This document shows, piece after piece, positions 40,029 to 50,148 of a stretch of 64,000 nt of DNA (position 1 is its first letter; every line of letters starts with the position of its first letter). The notes under the pieces are model-generated. The model saw only the letters and a program-made list of their open reading frames with translations, made no database searches and was not told the origin of the DNA. The position numbers and the translations under genes are program-made. Source of the stretch: an uncultured delta proteobacterium. GTDB taxonomy: Bacteria > Myxococcota_A > Polyangia > Polyangiales > Polyangiaceae. The DNA lies in contig CAWAIF010000003.1 of NCBI GenBank assembly GCA_963782055.1, positions 6,400,001-6,464,000 on the forward strand, in the 5' to 3' direction.

Positions 40029-41288
40029 ATGGCCCGCCTCGCCCAGATCTTCACGCCCGAGGGCGTGCAGATCGCCGTCGTGCTGCTGCTGTCCTTCCTT
40101 GTCGGTCTGGAGCGGGAGGAGCACAAGGCGAGCTCCAAGCACTACAGCTTCGGCGGGGTCCGCACCTTCCCCCTCGTCGGCCTGCTCGGCTACGCCCTCG
40201 CGTGGGTCTCGGCGCCGAGCGTCGTGCCGCTGACCATCGGCCTGGCCGTCGTGGGCGCCCTCATGGTGGTCTCCTACCGCCACAAGCTGGCGCACTCGCG
40301 CTCGGCGGGCGTGACGACCGAGGTCTCCGGCCTGCTCACCTTTCTGGTGGGCGCGCTCGTGCAGCGCAACGGCTTCTGGATCGCCGGCGCGCTGGCGATC
40401 GTGAGCGCGGGCCTGCTCGAGCTCAAGGCCGGCCTGCAGAAGCTCGCCGCGCGTGTCGGCCCGGAGGAGGTGCTCTCCCTCACCAAGTTCCTGCTCCTGT
40501 CCATCGTGGTGCTCCCGGTCCTGCCGAACCAGCCCTTCGGCCGCTTCCACGTCAACCCCTTCCGCACGTGGCTGATCGTCGTGGTCGTCAGCGGCATCTC
40601 CTACGGCAGCTACGTGCTGCAGCGCTGGATGAAGGGGCGCGGCGACGTGCTGCTCGTCGGCGTGCTGGGCGGCGCGTACTCCTCGACCGCCACCACCGTG
40701 GTGCTCGCCCGGCGCGGGAAGGACACCGACCGGCCGCACGTCTTCGCCGGCTCCATCCTCGCGGCCTCCGGCGCGATGTACGCGAGGCTGGTCGTGTTGC
40801 TCATGGTCTTCGACGCCACGCTGGCGCGCGCCCTCGCGCCGGGGTTCCTCGCGCTCGCCGCGCTGGCGTGCGGCGGGGGCTGGCTGGTCGCGCATCGCGA
40901 CGCCGGCACCGCGGCCCCGAGCGAGCCGGCGCGCACCAAGAACCCGCTGGAGCTGCGCACCGCGCTGCTGTTCGCCCTCGTCTTCCTGGTGATGCTCATC
41001 GCGACCCGCGTCGCGCTGGAGACGCTGGGCAGCGGCGGCGTCTACGGCCTCGCCGGGGTGATGGGCGTCGCCGACGTCGACCCCTTCGTGATGAGCCTGA
41101 CGCAGTCCGGCGCCGCCGCGGCCACCCTCCACACCGCGTCCATCGCCGTCACCATCGCCGCGGCGAGCAACAACCTCGCGAAGGGCGTGTACGCGTTCGT
41201 CATCGCGCGGGGCAAGACGGGCACCACCAGCCTGCTTCTCCTCGCCGCTCTCGCCGCCGCAGGCCTCGCCCCGATCCTCTTTTTCTGA
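40029..41288 (+). CDS. MgtC/SapB plus DUF4010 membrane protein
   Basis: VGLERE, GGVRTFPL, GVTTE, VLPVLPN, GGAYSSTATT, NPLEL, DVDPF. Confidence 0.92.
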   Translation: MARLAQIFTPEGVQIAVVLLLSFLVGLEREEHKASSKHYSFGGVRTFPLVGLLGYALAWVSAPSVVPLTIGLAVVGALMVVSYRHKLAHSRSAGVTTEVSGLLTFLVGALVQRNGFWIAGALAIVSAGLLELKAGLQKLAARVGPEEVLSLTKFLLLSIVVLPVLPNQPFGRFHVNPFRTWLIVVVVSGISYGSYVLQRWMKGRGDVLLVGVLGGAYSSTATTVVLARRGKDTDRPHVFAGSILAASGAMYARLVVLLMVFDATLARALAPGFLALAALACGGGWLVAHRDAGTAAPSEPARTKNPLELRTALLFALVFLVMLIATRVALETLGSGGVYGLAGVMGVADVDPFVMSLTQSGAAAATLHTASIAVTIAAASNNLAKGVYAFVIARGKTGTTSLLLLAALAAAGLAPILFF

Positions 41289-41360
41289 ATGGACGAGCGC
41301 GATGCGAAATCGCGCTCGTCCGATCTAGGTCTTGTCTCACGCTGCGGCACGCGGCGCCCC

Positions 41361-42119
41361 TCAGGGAAGGATCTGGTCCGGGTACCGCCGGATCAACGCG
41401 TTCTCCGCAGCGCGCGCCTCATCCGCCCTCCCCACCGCCCGGAGCGCGCGCGCCCGGAGCGTCAGCTCCTCCGGCTCCAGCTTCCGCTTCGGGAGGGCGT
41501 CGATCACACCGAGCAAGGTGAGCGCCCTGTCCGGGTCGCCGCGCAGCAACGCGCCGCGCGCCTCGCTCACCAGCCGGGCCTCCCGGGCGAGCTCGTCGCC
41601 GGGGCCCGCGCCCTGCGCGGCCGCTGCCTGGCCGCCGCCGGAAGCGCGCGGCGTGTCCGCGATGCGCGCGCTCGCGCGGCTCGCGTGCACGACACCCGCG
41701 CCGGCCCCCGACGCGGTGCCCACCCCCACGGCCCGCGCGACCTCCCCGCCCCCCGGGCCCGCAGCGGCGCCGCCCCGCGCCCGCGCGACGTCACCCTGCG
41801 CCCGCGCCTCCATCGCCACCGTGGCCCGCGGCAAGCGCTCCGCGACGCCTCGGCGCGCGATCGGCTCGGGCGCCACCGACGCGCCCGGCGCGGCCGGGCG
41901 CAGCGCGAGCAGCGCTCCGGCGAGCCCCACCGTCACCACACCCCCGAGCAAGGTCCCGAGCACCAGCTTGCCCGACAGCCCCTTGGCCGTCGCCAGCGCG
42001 GCGGGCGCCGCCGCCGCCGCCTGCACGCCCCGCCACATCGCCTCCCGCGAGCCGGCGTTCGGCCGATCGTCGCGCGCGGCGCGCAGCAGCGTCCTCGTCT
42101 CCGACGACAGGTCGCTCAT
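41361..42119 (-). CDS. Putative anti-sigma factor (TM plus C-terminal TPR-like helices)
   Basis: Overlaps the ECF sigma stop; LLRAARDDRP, TM, and LAREARLVSEARGAL..GDPDRAL..RYP tail. Confidence 0.75.
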   Translation of the reverse strand: MSDLSSETRTLLRAARDDRPNAGSREAMWRGVQAAAAAPAALATAKGLSGKLVLGTLLGGVVTVGLAGALLALRPAAPGASVAPEPIARRGVAERLPRATVAMEARAQGDVARARGGAAAGPGGGEVARAVGVGTASGAGAGVVHASRASARIADTPRASGGGQAAAAQGAGPGDELAREARLVSEARGALLRGDPDRALTLLGVIDALPKRKLEPEELTLRARALRAVGRADEARAAENALIRRYPDQILP

Positions 42120-42685
42120 CGCACACCTCCCGTGTCGACCGAGCCGACCAGCCCGCCCACGGCGGAGAAGCGCACCCCGCTCGTGCGCTCCTGCGCTCGC
42201 AGCGCGCGCTCCAGGTCCACCCGCGCGACGCGCAGCCGCGAGTACACGGTGTTGACCGGGATGTCGAGCGACTCGGCGATCTCCGGCGCCGTCATCTCCT
42301 CTACCTCGTGCAGCACCAGCACCGCGCGCTTGCCCACGTCCAGCGTCGCGAGCGCCGCGTCCAGTCGCTCCAGCGCCTCGCGACGCTCCGCGCTCGCGCT
42401 CTGGTCCGCCTCGAAGGCCTCGCGCTCGCCTGCGGCGCCGCCGTCGGCGTCCTCGGGGTGACGGCGCCGGTGGCGGCGCCAGTCCGACGCCACGCGCAGC
42501 ACGATCTGGAAGAGCCACGCGCGCGGGCCGTGGCCGCGCTCCTGAAACTCGGCCAGGCGCCGGTGCGCGACCACGAACACCTCCTGCGTGCGGTCGTCGA
42601 TGTCCGCCTCGCTCACGCCCAGGCGCCGCAGGTTGCGCCAGACGAAGTCCACGTGCGCGTCGTACATGGCGCGGAAGTCGGTCAC
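42116..42685 (-). CDS. ECF RNA polymerase sigma factor
   Basis: HVDFVWRNLRRLGV, DRTQEVF, AWLFQI, VLHEVEEMTAPEIA..VNTVYSRLR. Confidence 0.95.
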   Translation of the reverse strand: MTDFRAMYDAHVDFVWRNLRRLGVSEADIDDRTQEVFVVAHRRLAEFQERGHGPRAWLFQIVLRVASDWRRHRRRHPEDADGGAAGEREAFEADQSASAERREALERLDAALATLDVGKRAVLVLHEVEEMTAPEIAESLDIPVNTVYSRLRVARVDLERALRAQERTSGVRFSAVGGLVGSVDTGGVR

Positions 42686-43593
42686 CGCACCCTCCAGGTG
42701 AGGCCGACCTCGGTGCGCAGGGCGAGCAGGTTGGCCGGCTCCGCGCCGGTGTGCCCCACGTCGAAGCCGGCGAGACCGCGCACGTCCACCGAGAGGTTGC
42801 TCGCCAGCTCGCCGCGCAGCCCGAGGCTCGCGCCGGGCGCGAAGAGCACCTGCGTCGCGTGCTGGTCGCCGGTGATCTCGTCCAGGCCGGCGATCTCGGT
42901 CGAGAGGCAGGTATCGAGCTGCAGCCCGTGCCGCTCGATGTAGTTGCCGGGGAGGCGCACGCACACGTCTACGCGCAGGCCGTAGTAGCCGGCGTGCTGC
43001 CCGAGCGAGGTGGCCCACAGCAAGGAGGGCCGCACGAAGATGCCCTTGCCCGTCTCCGCCGTCAGGGAGACGTCGCCCCCGACGAAGGGCGAGACGGCGG
43101 TGACGCCCACCCCGCTCATCAGCAGGCCCGCGCCGCCCAGCTCCACGGTGCGCCGCCCCTCCGGGTGATCCAGGATGGGCGCCGCCTCGTCGTTGACGGG
43201 CGTGGGGGGCGACGGCGGCGGCCACGCGGCCTGGTCGGCGACGGTGACCACCGGCGGCTTCTTCCGCGCAGCCATGCGCGCACGCTTGCGGTCGTGCTCC
43301 ACGTCCAGGACCATCGACGCCCAGACACCGACGGCGTCCACGACGGAGCCGCACCGTTCGCCGCGCGCCACGTCCAGGTCGCGGTGGGCCACGCCCGCGC
43401 CGCGCTCGTCGTCCAGCGTCGCCTTGACCAGCACCCGCGGGCCGTGCGCCTCGCTCGACACGCGCAGCCGCCAGCCGGCCGCCGGCGCCACGCTCGCCCC
43501 GAGCGCGTCGCGCAGCGCGACCCCCGCCCGCGCGGCGTCCGCGCAGACGTCCGGCGCCTCGATCACGATCGCGGGCGGCTGATCCATCCTCAC
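42682..43593 (-). CDS. Hypothetical protein with probable C-terminal beta-barrel
   Basis: Stop overlaps the sigma start; amphipathic strands ending EVGLTWRVR. Start 43593 or ATG 43587. Confidence 0.7.
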   Translation of the reverse strand: MRMDQPPAIVIEAPDVCADAARAGVALRDALGASVAPAAGWRLRVSSEAHGPRVLVKATLDDERGAGVAHRDLDVARGERCGSVVDAVGVWASMVLDVEHDRKRARMAARKKPPVVTVADQAAWPPPSPPTPVNDEAAPILDHPEGRRTVELGGAGLLMSGVGVTAVSPFVGGDVSLTAETGKGIFVRPSLLWATSLGQHAGYYGLRVDVCVRLPGNYIERHGLQLDTCLSTEIAGLDEITGDQHATQVLFAPGASLGLRGELASNLSVDVRGLAGFDVGHTGAEPANLLALRTEVGLTWRVR

Positions 43594-43684
43594 CCTCCGA
43601 TGGCCGCTAAGGCGCCAGTCCGTCGGCGTCGCCAGTGCCTATTTCGACTCTAGCAGAAAATTTCAGCCTGACCGGCCGGGATGC

Positions 43685-45175
43685 TCACCGCGCGACCTTC
43701 ATCGGGACGTTGCCGCTGAGCCAGTAGACAGCACCCGCGTCGATCGCGATGCAGTCGGGGTGATCCTGCCCGCTGGCGAGCTTGCTGGCGACACCGGCCT
43801 TGGCCCGCCAGATGGCGCCGGCGGGGCTGGTGCCCGATCCGCCGGTGGCTCCCTCGTCGGCGATGTACAGCGTATCCGAGGCGCCGTCGTAGGCCAGTCC
43901 CCGGGGGCCGGGGATGGCGATCCCCGCCGGCTTCACCACGGGGGTCTGCCCCTCCACGATGAGATCGATCTGCCCGGCGCCGCGGGCGGAGAAGAAGGTC
44001 TGCTGTCCCGGGGCGACGATGGCGATGCCGTCAGGACTCGGCTGGGTTGTCGTGAGGGTGCTCACCGGCGTGCTGGCGCTGGCCGCAGACGCGCGCCACA
44101 CCGTCCCGCTGGTCCATGTAGAGTACACATATCCGCCGCCCACCGCGAGCTTCACCGGCGTGCCGACCACGTTGCCCAGCACGGTGCCAACGCCCACGCA
44201 GTCAATTCGGCCAGGCGTGGTGGTGACGCCCGCGCAGACGTGCGTGCCGTCGGTCGCGACCGGACCGTACGCGCCGCCGGTGAACACCGAGACGCCGGTG
44301 GAGAGGGCAGCCACGCCGTCGCCATGGGCGTAGTAGACATCCTTGGCGTCGCTCGCGATGCCGAAGGTCCCCCCGGGCACACCGGTGGCGACGGGCTCCG
44401 GCGGTCCGCCGGCGCGCGGCACGGTGAGGACGTCCCCCTCCATCTGCTTGTTCGCGCCGGTGGTGAAGTACACCTTGTCCCCCGCGACGGCGATGCACGC
44501 TCCCGGCGCGAGCGGCTCGGGCTGCGTCCCGGGCGGGTAGAGGCTGCACACGCCACCCTTGCACTCGCCGCCGGAGCAGTCGAAGCCGCACGCGCCGCAG
44601 TTCTTCGGGTCGGTGGCGAGGTCGGCGGAGCAGGCGCCCCCGTCGAGCGAGCTCTCCCCGCACACGTCGCCGGAGCACGCGGTGTCGTCCACCGACGCAC
44701 CCACGCACGCGCCGTGCACGCACGTCTGATCCGCCGGACACGACACGCCCAGACAGTCGGTGCGCAGCTCGATGGGAAGCTTCAGGGACCGGTGCGCGAT
44801 GTAGCGGAGCGACCGGCGCGCCACGATGCAGCCGTCCGGCGCGTCGACAACGCACTGGTCGGTGCTCCGGTCGACGCCCAGGATCACCGTGAGCGAGAGG
44901 GTGTCGCCCGCGCCGCTCGGCACCACCACCAGCGAGCCCACGCGGTTGCTGCCGGCGGGCCCCGCGGCGGGCGAGCACCCCGTGGCGTCGATGACCTGGG
45001 CCTGCGGGGTCGCGACGGTGTCGGGGGCGCCGACGCGGATGGTCACGCCGTCGGCCTGGACCGCGCCGCACGCCGCCTCGGTGGAGATCTCCAGCGTGAT
45101 CTGCGTCGGGTCCAGACACGACGGCGCGAGGGCGATCAGGGCGGCGAGGGCCGGGAGGGCGAGCCACAGGCGCAT
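43685..45175 (-). CDS. Lipoprotein with Cys-rich repeat and beta-propeller
   Basis: Signal ending APSC; PTQITLEISTE..CIVARR; DPKNCGACG; IAV..VYF / IAID..VYW blades. Confidence 0.85.
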   Translation of the reverse strand: MRLWLALPALAALIALAPSCLDPTQITLEISTEAACGAVQADGVTIRVGAPDTVATPQAQVIDATGCSPAAGPAGSNRVGSLVVVPSGAGDTLSLTVILGVDRSTDQCVVDAPDGCIVARRSLRYIAHRSLKLPIELRTDCLGVSCPADQTCVHGACVGASVDDTACSGDVCGESSLDGGACSADLATDPKNCGACGFDCSGGECKGGVCSLYPPGTQPEPLAPGACIAVAGDKVYFTTGANKQMEGDVLTVPRAGGPPEPVATGVPGGTFGIASDAKDVYYAHGDGVAALSTGVSVFTGGAYGPVATDGTHVCAGVTTTPGRIDCVGVGTVLGNVVGTPVKLAVGGGYVYSTWTSGTVWRASAASASTPVSTLTTTQPSPDGIAIVAPGQQTFFSARGAGQIDLIVEGQTPVVKPAGIAIPGPRGLAYDGASDTLYIADEGATGGSGTSPAGAIWRAKAGVASKLASGQDHPDCIAIDAGAVYWLSGNVPMKVAR

Positions 45176-45267
45176 ACGCAGCCAGTGTAGGCCAGCCTGG
45201 AGCACAGCTTGCCCCAATCGTTCGCCAGCCTGCCCTGGTGGCACCCCGCATGCTTGTGCTGGTGGGC

Positions 45268-46671
45268 ATGGTCTCCCTCTCACGCGATCTCCGGCGCGGG
45301 GTCCAGCGGCTGCTGCAGCCTGCCGCGCGACGCCTGGCGCGGCACGAGGGGCTCCCGCCCTCGCAATGGCGGCTGGAACGCGACGATCGCGGGCTGCTGG
45401 CCCTCGACGGCCTGCCCCTGCGCGATCTGCTGCGCGACCACGGCTCGCCCCTCTTCGTCCTGGACGCCGCCCGCCTGGACGACAACGCCGCGCGATTCCT
45501 GCGGGCCCCGGCGCACCGAGTGTGCGGCGTGGAGCCGCACTACTCCTACAAGACCAACCCGGTGCCGGCGGTGCTCGACCGGCTGCACCGCCACGGCGTC
45601 GGGGCGGAGGTCATCTCGGAGTACGAGCTGTGGCTCGCGCGGCGGCTGGGGGTGCCGCCGGAGCGCATCGTGGCCAACGGGCCGGGGCGCTCGCCGGCGA
45701 TGCTGCGGCAGGCGGTGGAGCTCGGGGTGCTGGTGCAGGTGAACCACCGCGAGGAGATCCCCCGCCTCGCCGAGACCGCGCGGGCGGCGGGCAAGCGCGC
45801 GCGGGTGGGGCTGCGCGTGGTGACGGCGTCGGGCTGGTCGGGGCAGTTCGGCGAGCCCATCGCCGGCGGGCGCGCGCTGCAGACCTACCGGGACATGGCC
45901 GCGCGGCCGGAGCTGGAGGTGGTGGCGCTGCACGCCCACCTGGGTGGCGAGATCACCTCCGCGGAGGCGGTCGAGCGGCTGGCGTGGGAGCTCTCCGACC
46001 TGGCCGCCGCCGTGCGGGATGCGACGGGCGTGGCGCCGGAGATCCTGGATCTGGGCGGGAGCCTCGCCTGCCCGACGGTGGTGTCGCACGACAAGGTCCG
46101 GCTGCGCCTCAATCGTTCGCTGGGCACCGATCTACCGCCGCGCGCCCCCTCCGACGTGCTCGACATCGACGGCTACGTCGACACGGTTGTGCGCGCGGTG
46201 GAGGACGGCGCGGCTCGCCACCGCCTCCCGCGGCCGCGCATCCTGGTGGAGCCCGGCCGGGCGATGACGGCGAACGCGGCGATGCTGCTGACGCGCGTGA
46301 GCAGCCTGAAGGCGAGCGGTGCGCCCGGCGTGGTGCACGCCATCCTGGACGCAGGCGTCAACGTCGCCGAGCCGGTGCGCGGGGAGTACCATCAGGTCTT
46401 CGTCACCGACGCGCCGCGCGAGCGCGAGGAGACCTACCGGCTGACCGGCCCCATCTGCACGCCGATGGACACCCTCGTCTGGGCGCTGCGCCTGCCCGAG
46501 CTGCAGCCCGGCGACGGCCTGGCGATCATGGACGCGGGCGCGTACTTCGTCCCCTTCGCCACCAGCTTCTCCTTCCCGCAGCCGGCGATCGTGATGGTGG
46601 AGGACGGCCGTGCCCACTGCCTGCGGCGCGCCGAGACCTTCGACGACCTGGTCTCGCGCGACCTCTCGTGA
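45268..46671 (+). CDS. Fold-type III PLP decarboxylase (diaminopimelate decarboxylase-like)
   Basis: GSPLFV, YSYKTN, HAHLG, LDLGG, EPGR, GPIC, DAGAY. Start uncertain (45238-45268). Confidence 0.88.
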   Translation: MVSLSRDLRRGVQRLLQPAARRLARHEGLPPSQWRLERDDRGLLALDGLPLRDLLRDHGSPLFVLDAARLDDNAARFLRAPAHRVCGVEPHYSYKTNPVPAVLDRLHRHGVGAEVISEYELWLARRLGVPPERIVANGPGRSPAMLRQAVELGVLVQVNHREEIPRLAETARAAGKRARVGLRVVTASGWSGQFGEPIAGGRALQTYRDMAARPELEVVALHAHLGGEITSAEAVERLAWELSDLAAAVRDATGVAPEILDLGGSLACPTVVSHDKVRLRLNRSLGTDLPPRAPSDVLDIDGYVDTVVRAVEDGAARHRLPRPRILVEPGRAMTANAAMLLTRVSSLKASGAPGVVHAILDAGVNVAEPVRGEYHQVFVTDAPREREETYRLTGPICTPMDTLVWALRLPELQPGDGLAIMDAGAYFVPFATSFSFPQPAIVMVEDGRAHCLRRAETFDDLVSRDLS

Positions 46672-46682
46672 CCGGATCGCCT

Positions 46683-47778
46683 TCAGTTCGCGGAGGGCGC
46701 GCGGCGGCCGGCGGGCACGCCCATGCATGCCATGTGGCGGCCGGCCCAGTGCTGGATGCGGGCGAGCGCCTCCGCCGGGTGCCCGCCGGTGCCCTTGAAG
46801 CCGACGAGGTAGACGTGGTTGTCACACCACCCGGTGACCGCGACGCGCTCGCCGCCCGGCAGCACGGCGATGCCGCTGCCGCGGTCCAGGCCGGGCACGG
46901 TGTAGGTGGTCTCCTTCCAGTCGCGCGTGTCCACCACCGAGACGCTGTTGGTCGCCCCGTAATCTGCAGAATACACGTATCGCCCGTCCGCCGTGGCCTC
47001 CAGGCTCTTGGGCCACGTGCCGATGGGCACGCTGTGGGTGACGCGCTCGGTGGCGAGGTCGAGCGCGTCGATGCGCGAGTCGTGGTAGCAGGAGATGAAG
47101 AGGGTGCGCTCGTCGGGGGAGAGCGCCAGGTGGCGGGGGATGGCGCAGGCCGCGAGGCGGTAGCTCTCCCCCATGTCCGGCCCGCGGAAGACGTCGATCG
47201 ACGCGCCGTCGAAGTTGGCGACGTACAGGCTGCCCCCGCGGGTTAGGACCATCCCGCGCGGGTGCTCGCCGACGGGCAGGGTGCGCACCACCCTGCCACG
47301 CGCCAGGTCCACCTCGCTCACCGAGTGGCCGTTCCAGTTGGCGGCGAAGAGGGTCTTGCCGTCGGGGGACAGCGCCATGATCTTGGGGTGCGAGCCGACG
47401 TCGAATCTCGCGCGTCACCCGGCGCGTGCGGGTGTCGATGAGCTGCACGGTGTCCCGCGCGAAGTTGGACGCGTAGAGGGTCGCGCCGTCGGCGGAGAGC
47501 ACGCTCTCCACCACGATCCCCGGGACGTCGATCTCACCCTCCGGCGCGAGGGTGCGCGCGTCGAAGACGCTGATGTTGTCGCCGTTGGCCTGGCCGAAGT
47601 TGGTGACGTAGAGGCGCGTGCCGTCGGGGGAGAGGGTCACGCCCTTCGGCATCGAGCCGGTGGCGGCGACCTCCTGCACCTCCAGGTCGGGGGGCTTGGC
47701 GAGCGCCGCCGAGGGGAGAAGCGCGAGGAGCAGGGCGAAGGCGACGGAGAGGGGTCCACGCGGTGAGGAGGACGTCAA
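46683..47778 (-). pseudogene. YncE/YVTN beta-propeller gene interrupted by a one-base frameshift (or sequencing error)
   Basis: Signal peptide and YVTNF/YASNF blades in one frame up to VTREI, continuing DVGSHPKIMALSPDGK in another; the minus strand reads GAG ATT C GAC near 47404. Confidence 0.8.
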
Positions 47779-48410
47779 GGCGCACCCAGGCTGGCCTCGA
47801 CGACGTCGCGGATCACGCGGTAGCGGCGGTAGTAGCCGACCACCTTCACGACGTAGTCGCGCGTCTGCGTGAAGGGCGGGATGCCGCCGTACTTCATCAC
47901 GGCGTCGGGCCCCGCGTTGTACGCCGCGACGGTCAGGGAGAGATCGCCGTTGAAGGCGTTGGCCAGGATGCGCAGCAGCCTCACGCCGCCGAAGATGTTC
48001 TCCCGCGGGTCGTCGATGTCCTTTACCTGCATGCGGTCCGCGGTGTCGGGCATGAGCTGCATCAGCCCGCGCGCCCCCGAGACGCTCACCGCGGCAGGGT
48101 CGTAGTCGCTCTCCACCTTGATGACCGCCCGCACGAGCTGCTCGGGGATCTGGTAGAGCGTCGCCGCCTGGCGGATCCACTCGTCGTAGCGAGAGAAGCG
48201 CGCCGGGTCGTGGTCCTGCGGCGGGTGGATGGGCGCGCCGCTGCGCGGGGCGTTGCCGCCGTGCACCACCACCTTGACCCGCACGCCGGGCGGCGGGGTG
48301 GTGGTGAAGTGCACCACGCCGTCCTTGGACGTGTACTGGTAGATGTCGGCCCGCGCGAGGGCGGGGGCGAGCACCATCAGGACGGCGAGGAGGGCGTGAC
48401 GGACGCGCAT
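47775..48410 (-). CDS. Lytic transglycosylase (SLT) with DUF4124-like N-terminus
   Basis: ADIYQYTSKDGVVHFT; VES, GARGLMQLMP, AAYNAG. Confidence 0.93.
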   Translation of the reverse strand: MRVRHALLAVLMVLAPALARADIYQYTSKDGVVHFTTTPPPGVRVKVVVHGGNAPRSGAPIHPPQDHDPARFSRYDEWIRQAATLYQIPEQLVRAVIKVESDYDPAAVSVSGARGLMQLMPDTADRMQVKDIDDPRENIFGGVRLLRILANAFNGDLSLTVAAYNAGPDAVMKYGGIPPFTQTRDYVVKVVGYYRRYRVIRDVVEASLGAP

Positions 48411-48502
48411 CGGCCGAGTGGATCGTGCCGCAGGGCGCGGGCGGCGGCAAGTTGCGTGCGGCCAGACGCCCCGCCCCCCGCCCGTGGTATAGGGGCAGCC
48501 TC

Positions 48503-49015
48503 ATGACGCACTGGCAGACGGTCGCTCTCGCGGCGCTGGCCGTGGCCTTCGGCCTGCTGGTGCTGTGGCAGGTCCGCCCGGCGTTCGGCAGCCGCCGCGG
48601 CGCGCCGCTGCGCAAGGCGCTGCGCGAGGCGCACCGCCGGGTGGAGGCGGCGAAGAGCGACGACGACCGCGCGTCCGCGCTGGCCGAGGCCGCCGATGCC
48701 TGCGCCGCCGCCATCGGCCGCTCGTCGGCGGCGGTCTCGTACTACCTGCGCGCCATGCGCCTGCGGCCGGGCTCGGTCGCCCTGGTCGAGCGCGCGGAGC
48801 ATTCGCTCGCCCGCCGGCCGCGCGCCCTGGAGACGCTCCTCTGGCGCAAGCTCGGCGCGGAGGGCTTCACCCCCGAGCTGCGAGAGGCGCAGACGGCGGC
48901 GCTCGCCGCGCTGGAGCGCGTCTACCAGGACCGCCCCCGCTTCGCCGCGCGGGCGCGCGCCCTCGCCCACCTCCGCGAGGCGCTGGAGGCCGGGCCCCGC
49001 TCGCCCTCGGCCTAG
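48503..49015 (+). CDS. Hypothetical membrane-anchored helical protein
   Basis: N-terminal TM, Ala/Arg helices, GC3-biased codons. Confidence 0.7.
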   Translation: MTHWQTVALAALAVAFGLLVLWQVRPAFGSRRGAPLRKALREAHRRVEAAKSDDDRASALAEAADACAAAIGRSSAAVSYYLRAMRLRPGSVALVERAEHSLARRPRALETLLWRKLGAEGFTPELREAQTAALAALERVYQDRPRFAARARALAHLREALEAGPRSPSA

Positions 49016-50148
49016 CCGCGCCGCGCCTCGGCGCGCAGGCGCGCGTCGATCACCCGCAGGCGCAGGTGCTTCATCGTGCGCACCAGCACGATGAGCAGCA
49101 GCACCGCGCCCACCACCGAGACGAGGATGGTCTTGACCTTCTCGTCGGAGATCTCCATCGGCTTGACGGCGGCGGACGCGGCGTCGAACTTGAGGTCCGG
49201 CGGCCAGAAGGTCTTGGGCAGCGCGTGCCGGTGGCTGAGGGAGAGCCAGTCCATGAGCCCCGCCACCGTGATGTGGACGCAGAAGCCCTGGTAGATGCTC
49301 TTGGTCTTCATGCTGAGCGACCCGAGCGCGATGCCCGCGACGATCGCCCCGTTGGCCTCGAGGTACGGCTTGCCGTAGTGGATCATGCAGTACGGCACCG
49401 CCATCGCGAAGATGGCCCCGGAGCCGAAGCTCTTGCGCAGCACGCCGAGCCAGAAGCCGCGGAAGAACATCTCCAGCGCGAAGAACTGGACGAAGTAGAT
49501 CCCTTCCCAGACCAGGAAGTCGAACCAGCTGCGCGACGACTGCTTGTAGAAGGGGTAGTACGCGCCGAAGTCCGGCTGGCGGCTGACGACGAGCATCGCC
49601 GGCAGCACCACCGCGAGGAAGAGCAGGTAGATCCACGCGTGCCGGAAGAAGCCGCGGGTGCGCAGGCCGAGGTCGAGCAGGGAGTCCTTCGGGAAGAGGA
49701 TCTTCCAGAGGGGGAAGGGCACCAGCACGTAGCCGGCGACGCGCGTGAACACCCACCAGCCGAAGCCCCAGAGCTCGTTGTAGCGGAGCATCTGCAGCAC
49801 GTTGTGGTGCGCGGTGTCGAACTTGAGCAGCGCCGGCTGGATGGCCTCGTCGAAGTAGCCGCGCCCGCCGTAGTACTCCTGCATGGTGAGCACGACCGCG
49901 CAGATGACCAGGGCGAGGAAGGGGCGAAGGTCCTGCTTGCCGCTCGCCAGCACCTCCCCGCGGTGGCGCTGCGCGTCCTCGTCCAGCTCGCGCCAGGTGC
50001 GGCGGAAGAAGAAGTAGAGCGCCGGCAGGACGACGAAGAGCGCCGGGATGGGCAGGATCGGCTTGGCCGCCGTCAGGAAGGCGTCGAACGCAGACGGCTG
50101 CGGCGGCTGCGCGGCGGCGATGGGCGCGAAGATGGCGGGCGCGATCAC
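49012..50148 (-). CDS. CPBP (Abi/CAAX type II) intramembrane protease
   Basis: YYPFYK, LEMFFRGF, MIHYGKP, HITVAGLMD; GTG overlaps the gltX stop. Confidence 0.88.
   Translation of the reverse strand: MIAPAIFAPIAAAQPPQPSAFDAFLTAAKPILPIPALFVVLPALYFFFRRTWRELDEDAQRHRGEVLASGKQDLRPFLALVICAVVLTMQEYYGGRGYFDEAIQPALLKFDTAHHNVLQMLRYNELWGFGWWVFTRVAGYVLVPFPLWKILFPKDSLLDLGLRTRGFFRHAWIYLLFLAVVLPAMLVVSRQPDFGAYYPFYKQSSRSWFDFLVWEGIYFVQFFALEMFFRGFWLGVLRKSFGSGAIFAMAVPYCMIHYGKPYLEANGAIVAGIALGSLSMKTKSIYQGFCVHITVAGLMDWLSLSHRHALPKTFWPPDLKFDAASAAVKPMEISDEKVKTILVSVVGAVLLLIVLVRTMKHLRLRVIDARLRAEARRG

Noticed and set aside
45268..46671. Gene symbol lysA
   Set aside because: Specificity motifs deviate from canonical LysA.
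47395..47415. Programmed frameshift or phase variation
   Set aside because: No slippery heptamer or homopolymer tract at the site.
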